A DNA stretch of 64,000 nucleotides from Alphaproteobacteria bacterium (GTDB lineage Bacteria; Pseudomonadota; Alphaproteobacteria; Paracaedibacterales; CAITNM01), in the NCBI GenBank assembly GCA_947487955.1, contig CANKYV010000002.1, positions 36,466-100,465 of the forward strand, written 5' to 3'. The position numbers and the translations under genes are program-made. Positions 45,546-55,177 of the stretch are shown here, piece after piece; position 1 is the first letter of the stretch, and each line of letters opens with the position of its first letter. The notes under the pieces were generated by a model that was not told the DNA's origin, made no database searches, and saw only the letters and a list, made by a program, of their open reading frames with translations.

Positions 45546-46913
45546 TTAAATGTGATTTTTAATGTCTTCGTAATTTTCTTCAGGGCGGAAAATTTCAACC
45601 GGAAGCTGTAATCCTTCTGCGGTTAATTTTCCTTGCAGTGAAAGCATTTGATATAAGTAGAAATAGTACTGCTGAATCGTGTTAATTTGATCAAGTTTTG
45701 CTTGTAAAAGTTGTGCTTGAGCGTTTAATACGTCAACTAAAATCTTTGTACCTGCTTGCATTTCTTGATTAACACCGTTAACCGCTATTTCCTGTGCTCT
45801 TACTTGCTTTGAAGAATTTTCCATATTGCTTTTAATCGCTATGAACGTTCTATAAGCTTGCTTACAGTTTTGAATAATATCTTGTCGAACTTTTTCAAAA
45901 TTAATGCGTCTCGCTACCACATTTTCTTTAGCTTCGCGGCGCTGTGAACGAGTAACGCCAGCATCATACAATGGGACAGAAAGAGTGAGACCAACTTGAT
46001 CGTTTCGTTGATTTTCAGTTGGTCTTGTTGTTACATCTATGTTCTGGGTATCTGTCTTATTTGTGTTAAATGACTGGCTAGTTGATGCCTTTAGATCAAG
46101 CGAAGGTAAAAGTTGGCCTGTAATGGCTCGTTTGTTTTGCTTTGCTGAAGAAATATCCTCGGCAGCTTGTTTAATTTTAGGATTTTCTCTTAAAGCTATT
46201 TCTTGCAACATTTCCATAGATTCTGGTATTTCAAGCAGTTCTTTCGGGTGATCAACTTGTTCAGGTGCAGTAAGTCCGGTTAGCTGCTCAAACATTGCTT
46301 TTGCAGCTTCTAATTCTGCAATGCCAAGTTGCAGTTTAGATTGCGCTTCAACGTATTTTGCTTCAGCCAAAGATTCCTGAGTAATAGTTTCTTCGCCTGT
46401 TTCACGTTTTATTTTTGCTGCTTCATGGCTTTTTTGCATGAAAGTAAGGTTGGCCTTATAGACTTCAACACTGGCATATTTTGCATACAAATCAAGGTAA
46501 GCCCTAATAACTTTTAAAAAAGTATCTTGTTCCTTATCTTTTAACTGCGCCCAATAGCTCATAATTTCATGCTTAGTTTTTGAAACAGTTGCCATATCAG
46601 AAAATCCTTTAAAAAGATTTTGTGATACAGAGATAGAACCACTGCGATTTTTATCTAAGCCACTATACATGGTGCTATTAGCGCCTCTATCTGTCTTACT
46701 TTTACTAATTGTGCGGGATGCTTGAGCATCAATTTTAGGCCTAAATCCACCTTTTGCTTGAACAATTTTTTCATGCATAGCAAGTACTGATTGACGTGTT
46801 GATAAAAGTTCTTGGTTGTTTTGGTAGGCTGATACAAGTGCATCCCGCACGTTAATCCCATAAGCTGACCCACAAGCCAACATGGTCGCTAAAAACACAA
46901 TACGAAATTTCAT
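45546..46913 (-). CDS. tolC: TolC-family outer-membrane efflux protein
   Basis: 455 aa with a signal peptide and two OEP repeats with long coiled-coil helices. It is adjacent to pcm, as in many alphaproteobacteria. Confidence 0.8.
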   Translation of the reverse strand: MKFRIVFLATMLACGSAYGINVRDALVSAYQNNQELLSTRQSVLAMHEKIVQAKGGFRPKIDAQASRTISKSKTDRGANSTMYSGLDKNRSGSISVSQNLFKGFSDMATVSKTKHEIMSYWAQLKDKEQDTFLKVIRAYLDLYAKYASVEVYKANLTFMQKSHEAAKIKRETGEETITQESLAEAKYVEAQSKLQLGIAELEAAKAMFEQLTGLTAPEQVDHPKELLEIPESMEMLQEIALRENPKIKQAAEDISSAKQNKRAITGQLLPSLDLKASTSQSFNTNKTDTQNIDVTTRPTENQRNDQVGLTLSVPLYDAGVTRSQRREAKENVVARRINFEKVRQDIIQNCKQAYRTFIAIKSNMENSSKQVRAQEIAVNGVNQEMQAGTKILVDVLNAQAQLLQAKLDQINTIQQYYFYLYQMLSLQGKLTAEGLQLPVEIFRPEENYEDIKNHI

Positions 46914-46925
46914 GACTACCTAAAA

Positions 46926-47234
46926 TTAATACAGAGGCACCGAAGGATCAATTTCCCTACTCCATGCATCTATTCCCCCGCTCACATTGTAAACATTTGA
47001 GAACTCATGTTGCAAGAGAAAAGCCGCAGCTTTAGCACTTCTTCCACCATGGTGGCATACTACAGCAATAGCGCAATTTTGATCAAGCTCACCAATTCTA
47101 GCCGCTATATCTTTTAGCGGAATATGGATAGATCCTGGAATGTGGGCGATATCCCATTCCCATTTTTCACGTACATCAAGCAGAGCAAAGTGTTCTAACT
47201 GGTCATGTAATTTTTGAACGGAAATTGATTGCAT
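46926..47234 (-). CDS. Single-domain rhodanese sulfurtransferase
   Basis: 102 aa with the active-site loop VVCHHGGRS and LLDVREKWEW...IPGSIHIP. Confidence 0.8.
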   Translation of the reverse strand: MQSISVQKLHDQLEHFALLDVREKWEWDIAHIPGSIHIPLKDIAARIGELDQNCAIAVVCHHGGRSAKAAAFLLQHEFSNVYNVSGGIDAWSREIDPSVPLY

Positions 47235-47236
47235 GG

Positions 47237-47905
47237 CTAAAATGTAAAACTCTCAGATTCGTTAAACTCTGTGCATGTTGGCATGTTTGTGTCAATTGTA
47301 AAGACTTCATGTAAGCCGTTAGCTTTTTTTTCAAAAACACAAGCTTTTGCAGAATCTTCTTCACCAGTTGTAATGCATATGGCAACCCTTCCGCCTTCTT
47401 CTAGTTGATCAATCACACATTCGGGAACTGAATTCAGTCCAATCTCGACAAGAATAGCTTTATATGGACCATTTTTGCTGAGCCCCATTTTTAATGGACC
47501 GCTATGAATAGTCGGGTTATATTTTTTTAATTTTTCGCGGCATTTAGCCACTAAAATAGGATGAGATTCAGCAATATATGCTGTGCATCCCATCTCGAAT
47601 AGCACTGTCGCTGTGTATCCGTAGTTTCCACCAATAACCAAAACTTTATCGTCAGGCATTAAATTTAAATGTTGCAAAAAAAGCCCAAGAATTTGTGGAG
47701 CAAAAAGATAGCGTCCTGAAATATCACAATAAATGGGTCCATCTCCGTAAGCAATTGATAGAGCAACTATTGGAATAAAGTGCTCTCTTGGAATTTTTTC
47801 AAATACGTTAAGGATTAACTTATCCATAACACCATTTGCTTTTAATTGAGTAAACACCATATTGCGACGTGCATTTTGGGCGTAATCAACACGATGAACT
47901 CGCAT
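47237..47905 (-). CDS. pcm: Protein-L-isoaspartate O-methyltransferase family protein
   Basis: 222 aa with PREHFIP and the SAM-binding-like motif KVLVIGGNYGYTATVL. It shows synteny with rhodanese and tolC. Confidence 0.6.
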   Translation of the reverse strand: MRVHRVDYAQNARRNMVFTQLKANGVMDKLILNVFEKIPREHFIPIVALSIAYGDGPIYCDISGRYLFAPQILGLFLQHLNLMPDDKVLVIGGNYGYTATVLFEMGCTAYIAESHPILVAKCREKLKKYNPTIHSGPLKMGLSKNGPYKAILVEIGLNSVPECVIDQLEEGGRVAICITTGEEDSAKACVFEKKANGLHEVFTIDTNMPTCTEFNESESFTF

Positions 47906-47975
47906 CTCTTGACCTTCGATTATAAATTCGTGTACTCATTATAATCGTGTAGGCAGTGCTTTGACAAAGGCAAAT

Positions 47976-48049
47976 GGCCGGGTGGCAGAATGGTTATGCA
48001 GAGGATTGCAAATCCTTGAATGTCGGTTCGATTCCGGTCCCGGCCTCCA
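47976..48049 (+). tRNA. tRNA-Cys (anticodon GCA), encoded CCA
   Basis: The sequence is GGCCGGGTGGCAGAATGGTTATGCAGAGGATTGCAAATCCTTGAATGTCGGTTCGATTCCGGTCCCGGCCTCCA. The acceptor stem is GGCCGGG/CCCGGCC and the anticodon stem-loop is GAGGA-TTGCAAA-TCCTT. Confidence 0.9.
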
Positions 48050-48078
48050 ATTGTTGGTTCAGGTCCCGTCTCCAGTTT

Positions 48079-48903
48079 TTAGTAATTTATATGTTTTAGT
48101 CCAGCAAAAGCAAAAGATTTTTTAAGTTTTCTGATGGCATGCTTTTCAATCTGTCGCACTCTTTCTTTTGTGATGCCATGGCAAATGCCAATTTCTTCTA
48201 AAGTTTGATGTGGTTCTTTTATTCGTCGTTTTTCTAAAATATCTAATTCGCGTTCATTAAGAAATTCATGCAATCTTTTGTATGTGTTGGTGTAGAAATT
48301 TTGTTCTTCTTCATGAATAAGAATAGAATCAATCGATTCACTTTCGTCAGCTAACATATCAACGAAAGTTATTTCGTAATCAGCATTTATTTTTTGATCT
48401 AAGCATTTGTCTTTTTGGGTAATTTTGTCGTACATAGTCTGTACTTCCTGTACTGAAATATTTAAATCTTGTGCAATCGTATTCGCAATATGTGGCTCGA
48501 AATACTGCGTATCAACCTTTTCTAAGCTGCGCTTTAAATAGCGTAATTGAAAAAATAATTTCTTATGTGTCGTTGTTGCGCCGACTCTTACAATAGACCA
48601 ATTACGCATTACATAATCTTGGCAATAAGCATTAACCCACCATCTGGCGTAGCTTGAAAAACGAACGCCTCGATTCGAATCGTATTTGTATAATGCAACG
48701 CAAAGTCCTAGCCATGCTTCCTGAGCTAAATCTTCATGCAAAATACCATAATGCTTGTATTTTTTTACAACACTTAAAACCCAAGGCCTAAAAGCAAATA
48801 AGAGTTCTTTTTCATCTTTTAATTTATAAAACTCTTGCCAATTTTCTATAAGCTTCTCTTCTTGTGATTGGGTAAGAAATGTTGAGGTTTTTCCTGTGGG
48901 CAT
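48079..48903 (-). CDS. rpoH: RNA polymerase sigma-32 factor RpoH
   Basis: 274 aa with sigma-70 regions 2-4 and an RpoH box-like HKKLFFQLRYLK, plus region 2 motifs LAQEAWLGLCVALYKYD and RFSSYARWW. Confidence 0.85.
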   Translation of the reverse strand: MPTGKTSTFLTQSQEEKLIENWQEFYKLKDEKELLFAFRPWVLSVVKKYKHYGILHEDLAQEAWLGLCVALYKYDSNRGVRFSSYARWWVNAYCQDYVMRNWSIVRVGATTTHKKLFFQLRYLKRSLEKVDTQYFEPHIANTIAQDLNISVQEVQTMYDKITQKDKCLDQKINADYEITFVDMLADESESIDSILIHEEEQNFYTNTYKRLHEFLNERELDILEKRRIKEPHQTLEEIGICHGITKERVRQIEKHAIRKLKKSFAFAGLKHINY

Positions 48904-49097
48904 TTAATAAAATCACAAATATGAGTCATTATATGTTATCAAGAAAAAATTTACATTTTGTTAAAAATAAAAAAAGATATAAATGTTGTTTATTTAAATT
49001 TTATCATTTTCTTTTGGTCAAAAAAGATCTTCTTAACCATTATTTAATATTTTTAATTTAAAAAGGATGTTAGGCATTACTTTCATGTAGGTATTTT

Positions 49098-50444
49098 ATG
49101 AAAATGTTAAAATATTCATTATTTCTTGGTGTTGCTTCAACACTAATATATGGCTCTTCGCTATTTGCTGGAAAAGATCTTTTAGACTCTCCTGGTTCAA
49201 TGCAGATGTTTGTAGATCGGGAAAATTTAGATCCTAATGCAGAGTTAGAACAATCATCCTTGGTTGATCTGAAATCAAAAGATGTTGAGCAATCAGCAAA
49301 AAACCAAGAAGTTCTAGTATCTCCTTTAGGGGATGTAAATCATCAAGAATTAGTTAGTGAAAAAAAACCGATAATTGTTGAGCCAACAATTATTGATAGC
49401 AGAACTCCCCCTCCAACTCTTGATGCAGAACTAAGGGCTGAAGATGCTATACAAATAAAAGTGGAAGAACTTAAAGAGGAAAAAGCTAAAAAAGAAGCCA
49501 TGCTAAAAGAGCAAGAATCCCTTCTGCATTCCTCCGAGCTAGTTCATGAAGCATCAGTTCCAGCAGGTTTATTTGAAGAGCAGGCAGTAGTCGTAAAGCC
49601 AGCTAAAAAAGTTAAAAAAGCAAAATTAACTCAAGAAGAGATTGATGCATTAAGAAATGCTAGAGCCGCTAAAAAACAAGCTGCTATGGAACAGGCAGAG
49701 GTCATGCCGTTCTCTGAAGAAGAGTTAGCAGGTGAGTTTTTAGCAGCAGAAAATGAAGGTGTTAATGATGTGGCTATTGTGCCAAGTGCACAAAAAGTTG
49801 AACAGGAATATATGTTAGCTGAAATAGCTGCTCCAGAAGAACAAGTATTATTAGCGCCTGTTAAGAAGAAAAAAACCAGCAAAAAAACAAAATTAACACC
49901 AGAACAAATTGCTGCAATAAAAGCTGGTGGAGCTGAAAAAGAAGCTGTGATTGCAGAATTAAAAGTAGCTGGAGAAGAAAAGCGAAAAGCTAGAGTGGCT
50001 AAAAAAGAAGCTATAAAAGCGGCAGAAGAAGTAGTTCTTCTTGAGCATCAAGATGAGTTAGCTGTAATTGAGGCAGAAGAAGAAGTGATACAGCAGCAAG
50101 AAAAAGCTTCTACAGCAGTTATTCAAAGTGATGACAGTAGGAAGCCATATGCGATCCTTTATTTTACTCCAGATGGTGCAGTAAACCTTTCTGAAACTAT
50201 AAAAAAAGGTGAAGATTTCAATAATAAAGGACTTCCATCTGAAGTGGTGGTTCTTGATCCAATAAATAGGCAAGTAAACAATGATTCTGGAGCTATTATT
50301 GTCGAGCATACTGTGGATGGGCCAGAAGTTGATTTAGCAAAAAAAGAGCATAAGTCTGATGCTACAATGCATCATGATACGCCACCAGTAGAGCATCATC
50401 ATCAAGATGAAGGTACAAATCCTCTAACAGCGCTTCTGCAATAG
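49098..50444 (+). CDS. Hypothetical secreted acidic protein rich in Lys/Glu/Ala, with internal repeats
   Basis: 448 aa with a signal peptide (LFLGVASTLIYGSSLFA). It has a repeated module, KPAKKVKKAKLTQEEIDALRNARAAKK and VKKKKTSKKTKLTPEQIAAIKAGGAEK, and a His-rich C-terminus (HHDTPPVEHHHQDEG). Confidence 0.6.
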   Translation: MKMLKYSLFLGVASTLIYGSSLFAGKDLLDSPGSMQMFVDRENLDPNAELEQSSLVDLKSKDVEQSAKNQEVLVSPLGDVNHQELVSEKKPIIVEPTIIDSRTPPPTLDAELRAEDAIQIKVEELKEEKAKKEAMLKEQESLLHSSELVHEASVPAGLFEEQAVVVKPAKKVKKAKLTQEEIDALRNARAAKKQAAMEQAEVMPFSEEELAGEFLAAENEGVNDVAIVPSAQKVEQEYMLAEIAAPEEQVLLAPVKKKKTSKKTKLTPEQIAAIKAGGAEKEAVIAELKVAGEEKRKARVAKKEAIKAAEEVVLLEHQDELAVIEAEEEVIQQQEKASTAVIQSDDSRKPYAILYFTPDGAVNLSETIKKGEDFNNKGLPSEVVVLDPINRQVNNDSGAIIVEHTVDGPEVDLAKKEHKSDATMHHDTPPVEHHHQDEGTNPLTALLQ

Positions 50445-50460
50445 TAGTGTTACACAATTC

Positions 50461-50520
50461 ATAGGAAAGTGATTTGCCTCGTCTTGGCGACCACTTTCCT
50501 ATTCTAATATTTTCTTTTTG
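50461..50520 (+). terminator. Probable rho-independent terminator
   Basis: A perfect 11-bp stem ATAGGAAAGTG/CACTTTCCTAT (50461-50471 and 50492-50502) with additional inner GCC/GGC pairing, followed by the T-rich tract TCTAATATTTTCTTTTT. Confidence 0.5.
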
Positions 50521-50554
50521 CAGCTAATCTGTAAAAAATTCAAATATAGAAATT

Positions 50555-51274
50555 ATGACACGTATTGATAAGCGTACTCCTGATGATTTGCGTTCTGTTT
50601 TTCTTGGGCCAGGTTTTGCTAAGTTTGCGCATGGATCTTGTTTTGTTAAATTTGGTGATACGCATGTATTGTGTACAGCAACAATTGAAGAAAAGGTTCC
50701 TCATTTTTTAAAAAATACAAAAACTGGATGGATTACCGCTGAATATGGAATGCTTCCTTGTTCTACTCAAGAACGAATAGATAGAGAAGCATCAAAAGGC
50801 AAACAATCAGGGCGTACGCAAGAAATTCAGCGACTCATTGGTCGCAGTCTCCGTGCCATAGTTGATTTGAAGGCTTTGGGGGAAAGGCAAATAAAAATAG
50901 ATTGTGACGTTTTACAAGCTGATGGAGGCACTCGTACGGCAAGTATTACCGGGGCATACGTTGCTCTTTATCAAGCAATGCAAAGATTAGTCAGCAAAAA
51001 ACAGATTTCTTCTATTCCTTTTACGGACCAAGTAGCAGCTATTTCTTGTGGTATTTATAAGCAAGAAGCCTTGCTAGATTTAAATTACGTTGAAGATTCT
51101 TCCGCTGAGGTAGACGCAAATTTTGTTTTAACTGCAAGTGGTAAAATTATTGAAGTGCAAGCTTGTGCTGAAAAAGACCCATTTAATCAGCAACAGTTTT
51201 TAGATATGTTAACGCTTGCACAAAAAGGAACGTCGCAACTATTCGAATTGCAAAAAAAAGCTCTAAACCTTTAA
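50555..51274 (+). CDS. rph: Ribonuclease PH
   Basis: 239 aa with [43 protein letters not shown] and [19 protein letters not shown]. Confidence 0.9.
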   Translation: MTRIDKRTPDDLRSVFLGPGFAKFAHGSCFVKFGDTHVLCTATIEEKVPHFLKNTKTGWITAEYGMLPCSTQERIDREASKGKQSGRTQEIQRLIGRSLRAIVDLKALGERQIKIDCDVLQADGGTRTASITGAYVALYQAMQRLVSKKQISSIPFTDQVAAISCGIYKQEALLDLNYVEDSSAEVDANFVLTASGKIIEVQACAEKDPFNQQQFLDMLTLAQKGTSQLFELQKKALNL

Positions 51275-51363
51275 TTTTTACGAAGAAAAAATTTGTCGGC
51301 CATTGCCAGAAGTTTTCACTAAGGATTACAATCACAAAGATAAAAAATAATAAGGAGAGACAA

Positions 51364-51687
51364 ATGTCTCATGAAAAGTCAGTTAATGTTCAAGATGCTT
51401 TTTTAAACCATATTCGTAAAAATAAAACACCTCTTACCGTTTTTCTAGTAAATGGTGTCAAATTACAAGGTACTATTACATGGTTTGACAGTAATACAAT
51501 TTTATTGCGACGCGAAGGTCACGCACAGCTTATCTATAAGCATGCTATTTCGACCTTAATGCCACATGGGCCGGTTAGTATTCTTGATTATCAAAATAAT
51601 GATCGAGAAGATCGCTATACGCCAAGTACAGCAGAAGCAGAAGTCATTGATGATTTTGAAGAAGAGGATGAAGAAGACGGTATGTAA
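51364..51687 (+). CDS. hfq: RNA chaperone Hfq with extended acidic C-terminal tail
   Basis: The Sm1/Sm2 core is [56 protein letters not shown]. At 107 aa it is long, and it ends [15 protein letters not shown]. Confidence 0.9.
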   Translation: MSHEKSVNVQDAFLNHIRKNKTPLTVFLVNGVKLQGTITWFDSNTILLRREGHAQLIYKHAISTLMPHGPVSILDYQNNDREDRYTPSTAEAEVIDDFEEEDEEDGM

Positions 51688-51690
51688 AAA

Positions 51691-51775
51691 TGGTGCGGTC
51701 GAGAAGACTCGAACTTCCACGGATTGCTCCACAGCGACCTCAACGCTGCGTGTCTACCAATTCCACCACGACCGC
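51691..51775 (-). tRNA. tRNA-Leu (anticodon GAG), encoded CCA, long variable arm
   Basis: The reverse complement is GCGGTCGTGGTGGAATTGGTAGACACGCAGCGTTGAGGTCGCTGTGGAGCAATCCGTGGAAGTTCGAGTCTTCTCGACCGCACCA. The anticodon stem-loop is CAGCG-TTGAGGT-CGCTG. Confidence 0.9.
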
Positions 51776-51838
51776 AGTGACGAAAACATAGCAAAGTTAA
51801 TTTAGGTGCACAAGACTGTAATCGCTTGTTGCTTGTAT

Positions 51839-52309
51839 TTACAGCAAGGAATTTGCGTTACTAACCAAACAAACACCAGGGTTTTCTTCGATGTTTGTTT
51901 TCAAGATAACACCATTTTCAATAACTAAAAGAAATCTTGTGCAACGCAGTCCCATGTGTTTTTCTGCCAGATCTAGTTCTAGGCCTAATGCCTTAGTAAG
52001 CGTAGCACTGCCGTCAGCTAACATTATGATATCAGCGTTTGGTGCAATTTGTTCTTTCCATGCCTGCATCACAAAAGCATCATTAACAGCCATGCAAATG
52101 ATTTTTTCGTAACCTTCTTCACGTAAGCTTTTCTCGTTTTCTACAAAACTAGGAAGTTGAGTTTGTGTGCAGACTGGTGTAAAAGCGCCTGGCAGACCGA
52201 ATAAAATAGTTTTTCCTCTAAATAATTCCTCAGTGCTTATTTCTTTTTTTTCATTAGAAATTATCACTTGCACCGTTAAATGTGGGATTTTAGTGCCTTC
52301 AATAATCAT
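51839..52309 (-). CDS. Peroxiredoxin (Prx5/type II-like, AhpC/TSA family)
   Basis: 156 aa with the peroxidatic Cys motif PGAFTPVCTQTQLP. Confidence 0.8.
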   Translation of the reverse strand: MIIEGTKIPHLTVQVIISNEKKEISTEELFRGKTILFGLPGAFTPVCTQTQLPSFVENEKSLREEGYEKIICMAVNDAFVMQAWKEQIAPNADIIMLADGSATLTKALGLELDLAEKHMGLRCTRFLLVIENGVILKTNIEENPGVCLVSNANSLL

Positions 52310-52558
52310 CTTTGACTCTATAGCTGGAAACTAAGCGCAGAATACTCGAGCTAAAATATCAACACAAGAGATTGTGAGAATAATTTTTAATATGCTAATA
52401 TTATTGCTATAATGAAAAAAATAATTCACAAAGATTATTTTTTAAGTCCAAGGCAAGCATCACAGTTTTGTAAATTCATTTTATTTTAAAATTTGCTGAC
52501 TTTTCCTTGTTTTTTGTAAAGATTATTGGCTACTCTATAAGTCAAAAGGAGGCTATCA

Positions 52559-53854
52559 ATGCACGGCGAATTCAGCATAACCAACATAGCTCTGGTAATA
52601 TTAATCGCTCTAGTGTTTGGTTTAGGCATGACTCGCTTAAAGCAGCCACCTATTTTGGGTTATATCATAGCAGGACTAATTTTGGGTCCATCAGGTCTTG
52701 CTTTTGTTGAGTCGCGCGATCAGGTTAGTATTCTTGCTGAAATGGGCGTATTACTACTACTTTTTGTTATAGGTATTGAGCTTAATTTACGTACCTTTAA
52801 AAAAGTTTGGTTGGTCACGTCCCTTGCTACAATTTTTCAAATCGCTATATGTACAGCTGTTACCTGGATTATTTCTTATTTTTTAGGTTGGAGCAGTGGT
52901 TTGCCTATACTTTTAGGATTCATTACAGCAATCTCCTCAACAGCAGTTGCGGTGAAAATGCTAGATACAATTGGTGAGGTGAATTCTGAAATTGGGCAAA
53001 TAAGCGTTGGTATTTTGATCGCTCAGGATTTTGCCATCGTACCGATGATTTTAATTTTACGTAACTATCATAACGATCTGTCAATTTTAGGACTTTTCTC
53101 AAAGCTTTTACTTGCTATTGGCATTATTGTGGGGCTTATCTACTATCTGAGTCAAAAACAACGAGTGCGCATTGGCTTCTTAGCCGATGTTATTCGCCAA
53201 AAAGATTTACTTCCTTTGGTAAGCTTAGCTTTTTGTTTCGCGGCTGCTGCTATTTCTGGTTTAATTGGTTTGTCAGCTGCATATGGTGCATTCTTGGCGG
53301 GTCTTACGATTGGAAACACTCATGAGCGTAGTGCTGTGTTAGATACCGTTAAGCCAATTCAAAGTACTTTGATTATGGTATTTTTCTTGTCTATAGGAAT
53401 ATTGATGGACGTTGGGTTCATCTATATTCACTTGGCAACCTTTATTCTGCTGCTGCTGTTGATAACTGTGGGAAAAACCGCCATCAACATTGTTATTTTG
53501 CGTTTCTTGCAAATTCCTTGGTCTGAGGCTTTTTTGGTTGGTGTTGTTCTTGCTCAAATCGGAGAATTTGCGTTTCTTATGGCTTCTATTGGGCATGAAT
53601 CTAAGATTATCAACGAATTTGGTGAGAAGCTCATTTTGTCTTTAACAGCCTTGTCGTTGTTATTTAGTCCAATTTGGATGACTCTTGCTCGACATTTAAA
53701 AAATATTACTGATGAATCAAAAATATCTATACGTGATGTTGTCGCATGGATTAGTATGCCGGGTAGTCACTTCTTAAAGCTTGTGTGGAAACGCGCAGCA
53801 AAAGAGTGGCGTGAAGAGGAAAAAAGTATCAAGCATATGAATGATGATGCCTGA
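52559..53854 (+). CDS. Cation:proton antiporter (CPA2/Kef-type membrane domain, no KTN domain)
   Basis: 431 aa with about 12 TM helices, GYIIAGLILGPSGL near the N-terminus, and a good SD (AAGGAGG) upstream. Confidence 0.75.
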   Translation: MHGEFSITNIALVILIALVFGLGMTRLKQPPILGYIIAGLILGPSGLAFVESRDQVSILAEMGVLLLLFVIGIELNLRTFKKVWLVTSLATIFQIAICTAVTWIISYFLGWSSGLPILLGFITAISSTAVAVKMLDTIGEVNSEIGQISVGILIAQDFAIVPMILILRNYHNDLSILGLFSKLLLAIGIIVGLIYYLSQKQRVRIGFLADVIRQKDLLPLVSLAFCFAAAAISGLIGLSAAYGAFLAGLTIGNTHERSAVLDTVKPIQSTLIMVFFLSIGILMDVGFIYIHLATFILLLLLITVGKTAINIVILRFLQIPWSEAFLVGVVLAQIGEFAFLMASIGHESKIINEFGEKLILSLTALSLLFSPIWMTLARHLKNITDESKISIRDVVAWISMPGSHFLKLVWKRAAKEWREEEKSIKHMNDDA

Positions 53855-54461
53855 TTTTTCTTTTGAAAAAAGACTGTATCTTAAAAAAATAGCTGGTATC
53901 GATGAAGCGGGTTGCGGTCCGTGGGCGGGGCCTGTTGTTGCTTCGGCTGTTATATTTTTTGAATATGATCAAACAACTTGGACTGATTTGAATGATTCCA
54001 AAAAACTGACTTCTCAAAAGCGTCAAAAATGTTTTGAAACATTGGTAAATTCACCTTTAATTACCTATGGAATTGGTTCAGCTTCTGTTGATGAAATTGA
54101 CGAGCTAAATATTGCCAATGCAACTCGACTAGCCATGAAACGAGCTATTAAAGATTTATCTGTTCAGCCCGAACATGTGCTAATCGATGGAATTCGTGAG
54201 CCATCAATAAATATTCCTTTTACCATGATTACAAAAGGTGACGGGCTTTCTTTAAGTATTGCAGCTGCTTCTATTATCGCAAAAGTTACTCGTGATCGAA
54301 TCATGAATGATCTTGCAAAGGATTATCCTATGTATCATTGGTCAAAAAATGCAGGTTATGGAACAGCTTTACATCAAGAAGCTTTAAAAAAATATGGACC
54401 AACACCTCACCATCGAAAAAGTTTTGCGCCTATTCGTGCTTTGTTAGGTGAAGTTGCATGA
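53841..54461 (+). CDS. rnhB: Ribonuclease HII
   Basis: 206 aa with IAGIDEAGCGPWAGPVVASAV, DSKKL and ASIIAKVTRD. Confidence 0.9.
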   Translation: MMMPDFSFEKRLYLKKIAGIDEAGCGPWAGPVVASAVIFFEYDQTTWTDLNDSKKLTSQKRQKCFETLVNSPLITYGIGSASVDEIDELNIANATRLAMKRAIKDLSVQPEHVLIDGIREPSINIPFTMITKGDGLSLSIAAASIIAKVTRDRIMNDLAKDYPMYHWSKNAGYGTALHQEALKKYGPTPHHRKSFAPIRALLGEVA

Positions 54462-55168
54462 CTTATTGGATGTATGGTTGGCATGCATGCCATGCAGCGC
54501 TTAATAATCCTTTGAGAAAAATTGAAAAAATTCTTTTGGACAAGCGTCAAGACCCCAAGAAATTGCAGCTAAATCGCAAGATTCCTCTAGAGGAGGTGGA
54601 TGTAAAAATTATTGAGCAGAAAGTTGGGAAAGAAGCTGTGCATCAAGGAATTTCCATGTGTGTGCATGAGCTAGTTTCTGAAGATATTTCAGTATTTCAG
54701 CAAGATACCTCAATGTTAATTGTTATCCTTGATCAAATTACAGATCCGCATAACATGGGAGCTATTTGGAGATCATGTGCTGTTTTTGGTGCAGCGGGAA
54801 TTGTCACAACAGAACGTAATAGCGCTCCAGAATCGGGTGTATTAGCAAAATCAGCTTCGGGAGCTTTAGAAGTTGTGCCTCGCATAGAAGTGAAAAATCT
54901 TGCCTCTTCTATTGCTGAACTAAAAGAATTTGGCTTTTGGGTGTACGGATTTTCTGAGCACTCAAAAGAATCGCTTCAAAAATTTTCTTTTGGCAAAAAA
55001 ACCGCTTTAGTTTTTGGTAATGAAGGCGATGGTATGCGCTCTTTAACAATGAAAAATTGCGATCAAACTCTTCAGTTACCAACGTCTCAAAATTTTCAAA
55101 CACTTAATGTTTCAAATGCTGCTGCTGTTGCATTGTATGAGGTTTTTAAACAGCAAACTCACTTTTAG
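54458..55168 (+). CDS. rlmB: TrmH/SpoU-family RNA 2'-O-methyltransferase (RlmB-like)
   Basis: 236 aa with SpoU motifs DQITDPHNMGAIWRSCAVFG, LVFGNEGDGMR and LNVSNAAAVALYE. Confidence 0.75.
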   Translation: MTYWMYGWHACHAALNNPLRKIEKILLDKRQDPKKLQLNRKIPLEEVDVKIIEQKVGKEAVHQGISMCVHELVSEDISVFQQDTSMLIVILDQITDPHNMGAIWRSCAVFGAAGIVTTERNSAPESGVLAKSASGALEVVPRIEVKNLASSIAELKEFGFWVYGFSEHSKESLQKFSFGKKTALVFGNEGDGMRSLTMKNCDQTLQLPTSQNFQTLNVSNAAAVALYEVFKQQTHF

Positions 55169-55177
55169 GAATATTTT

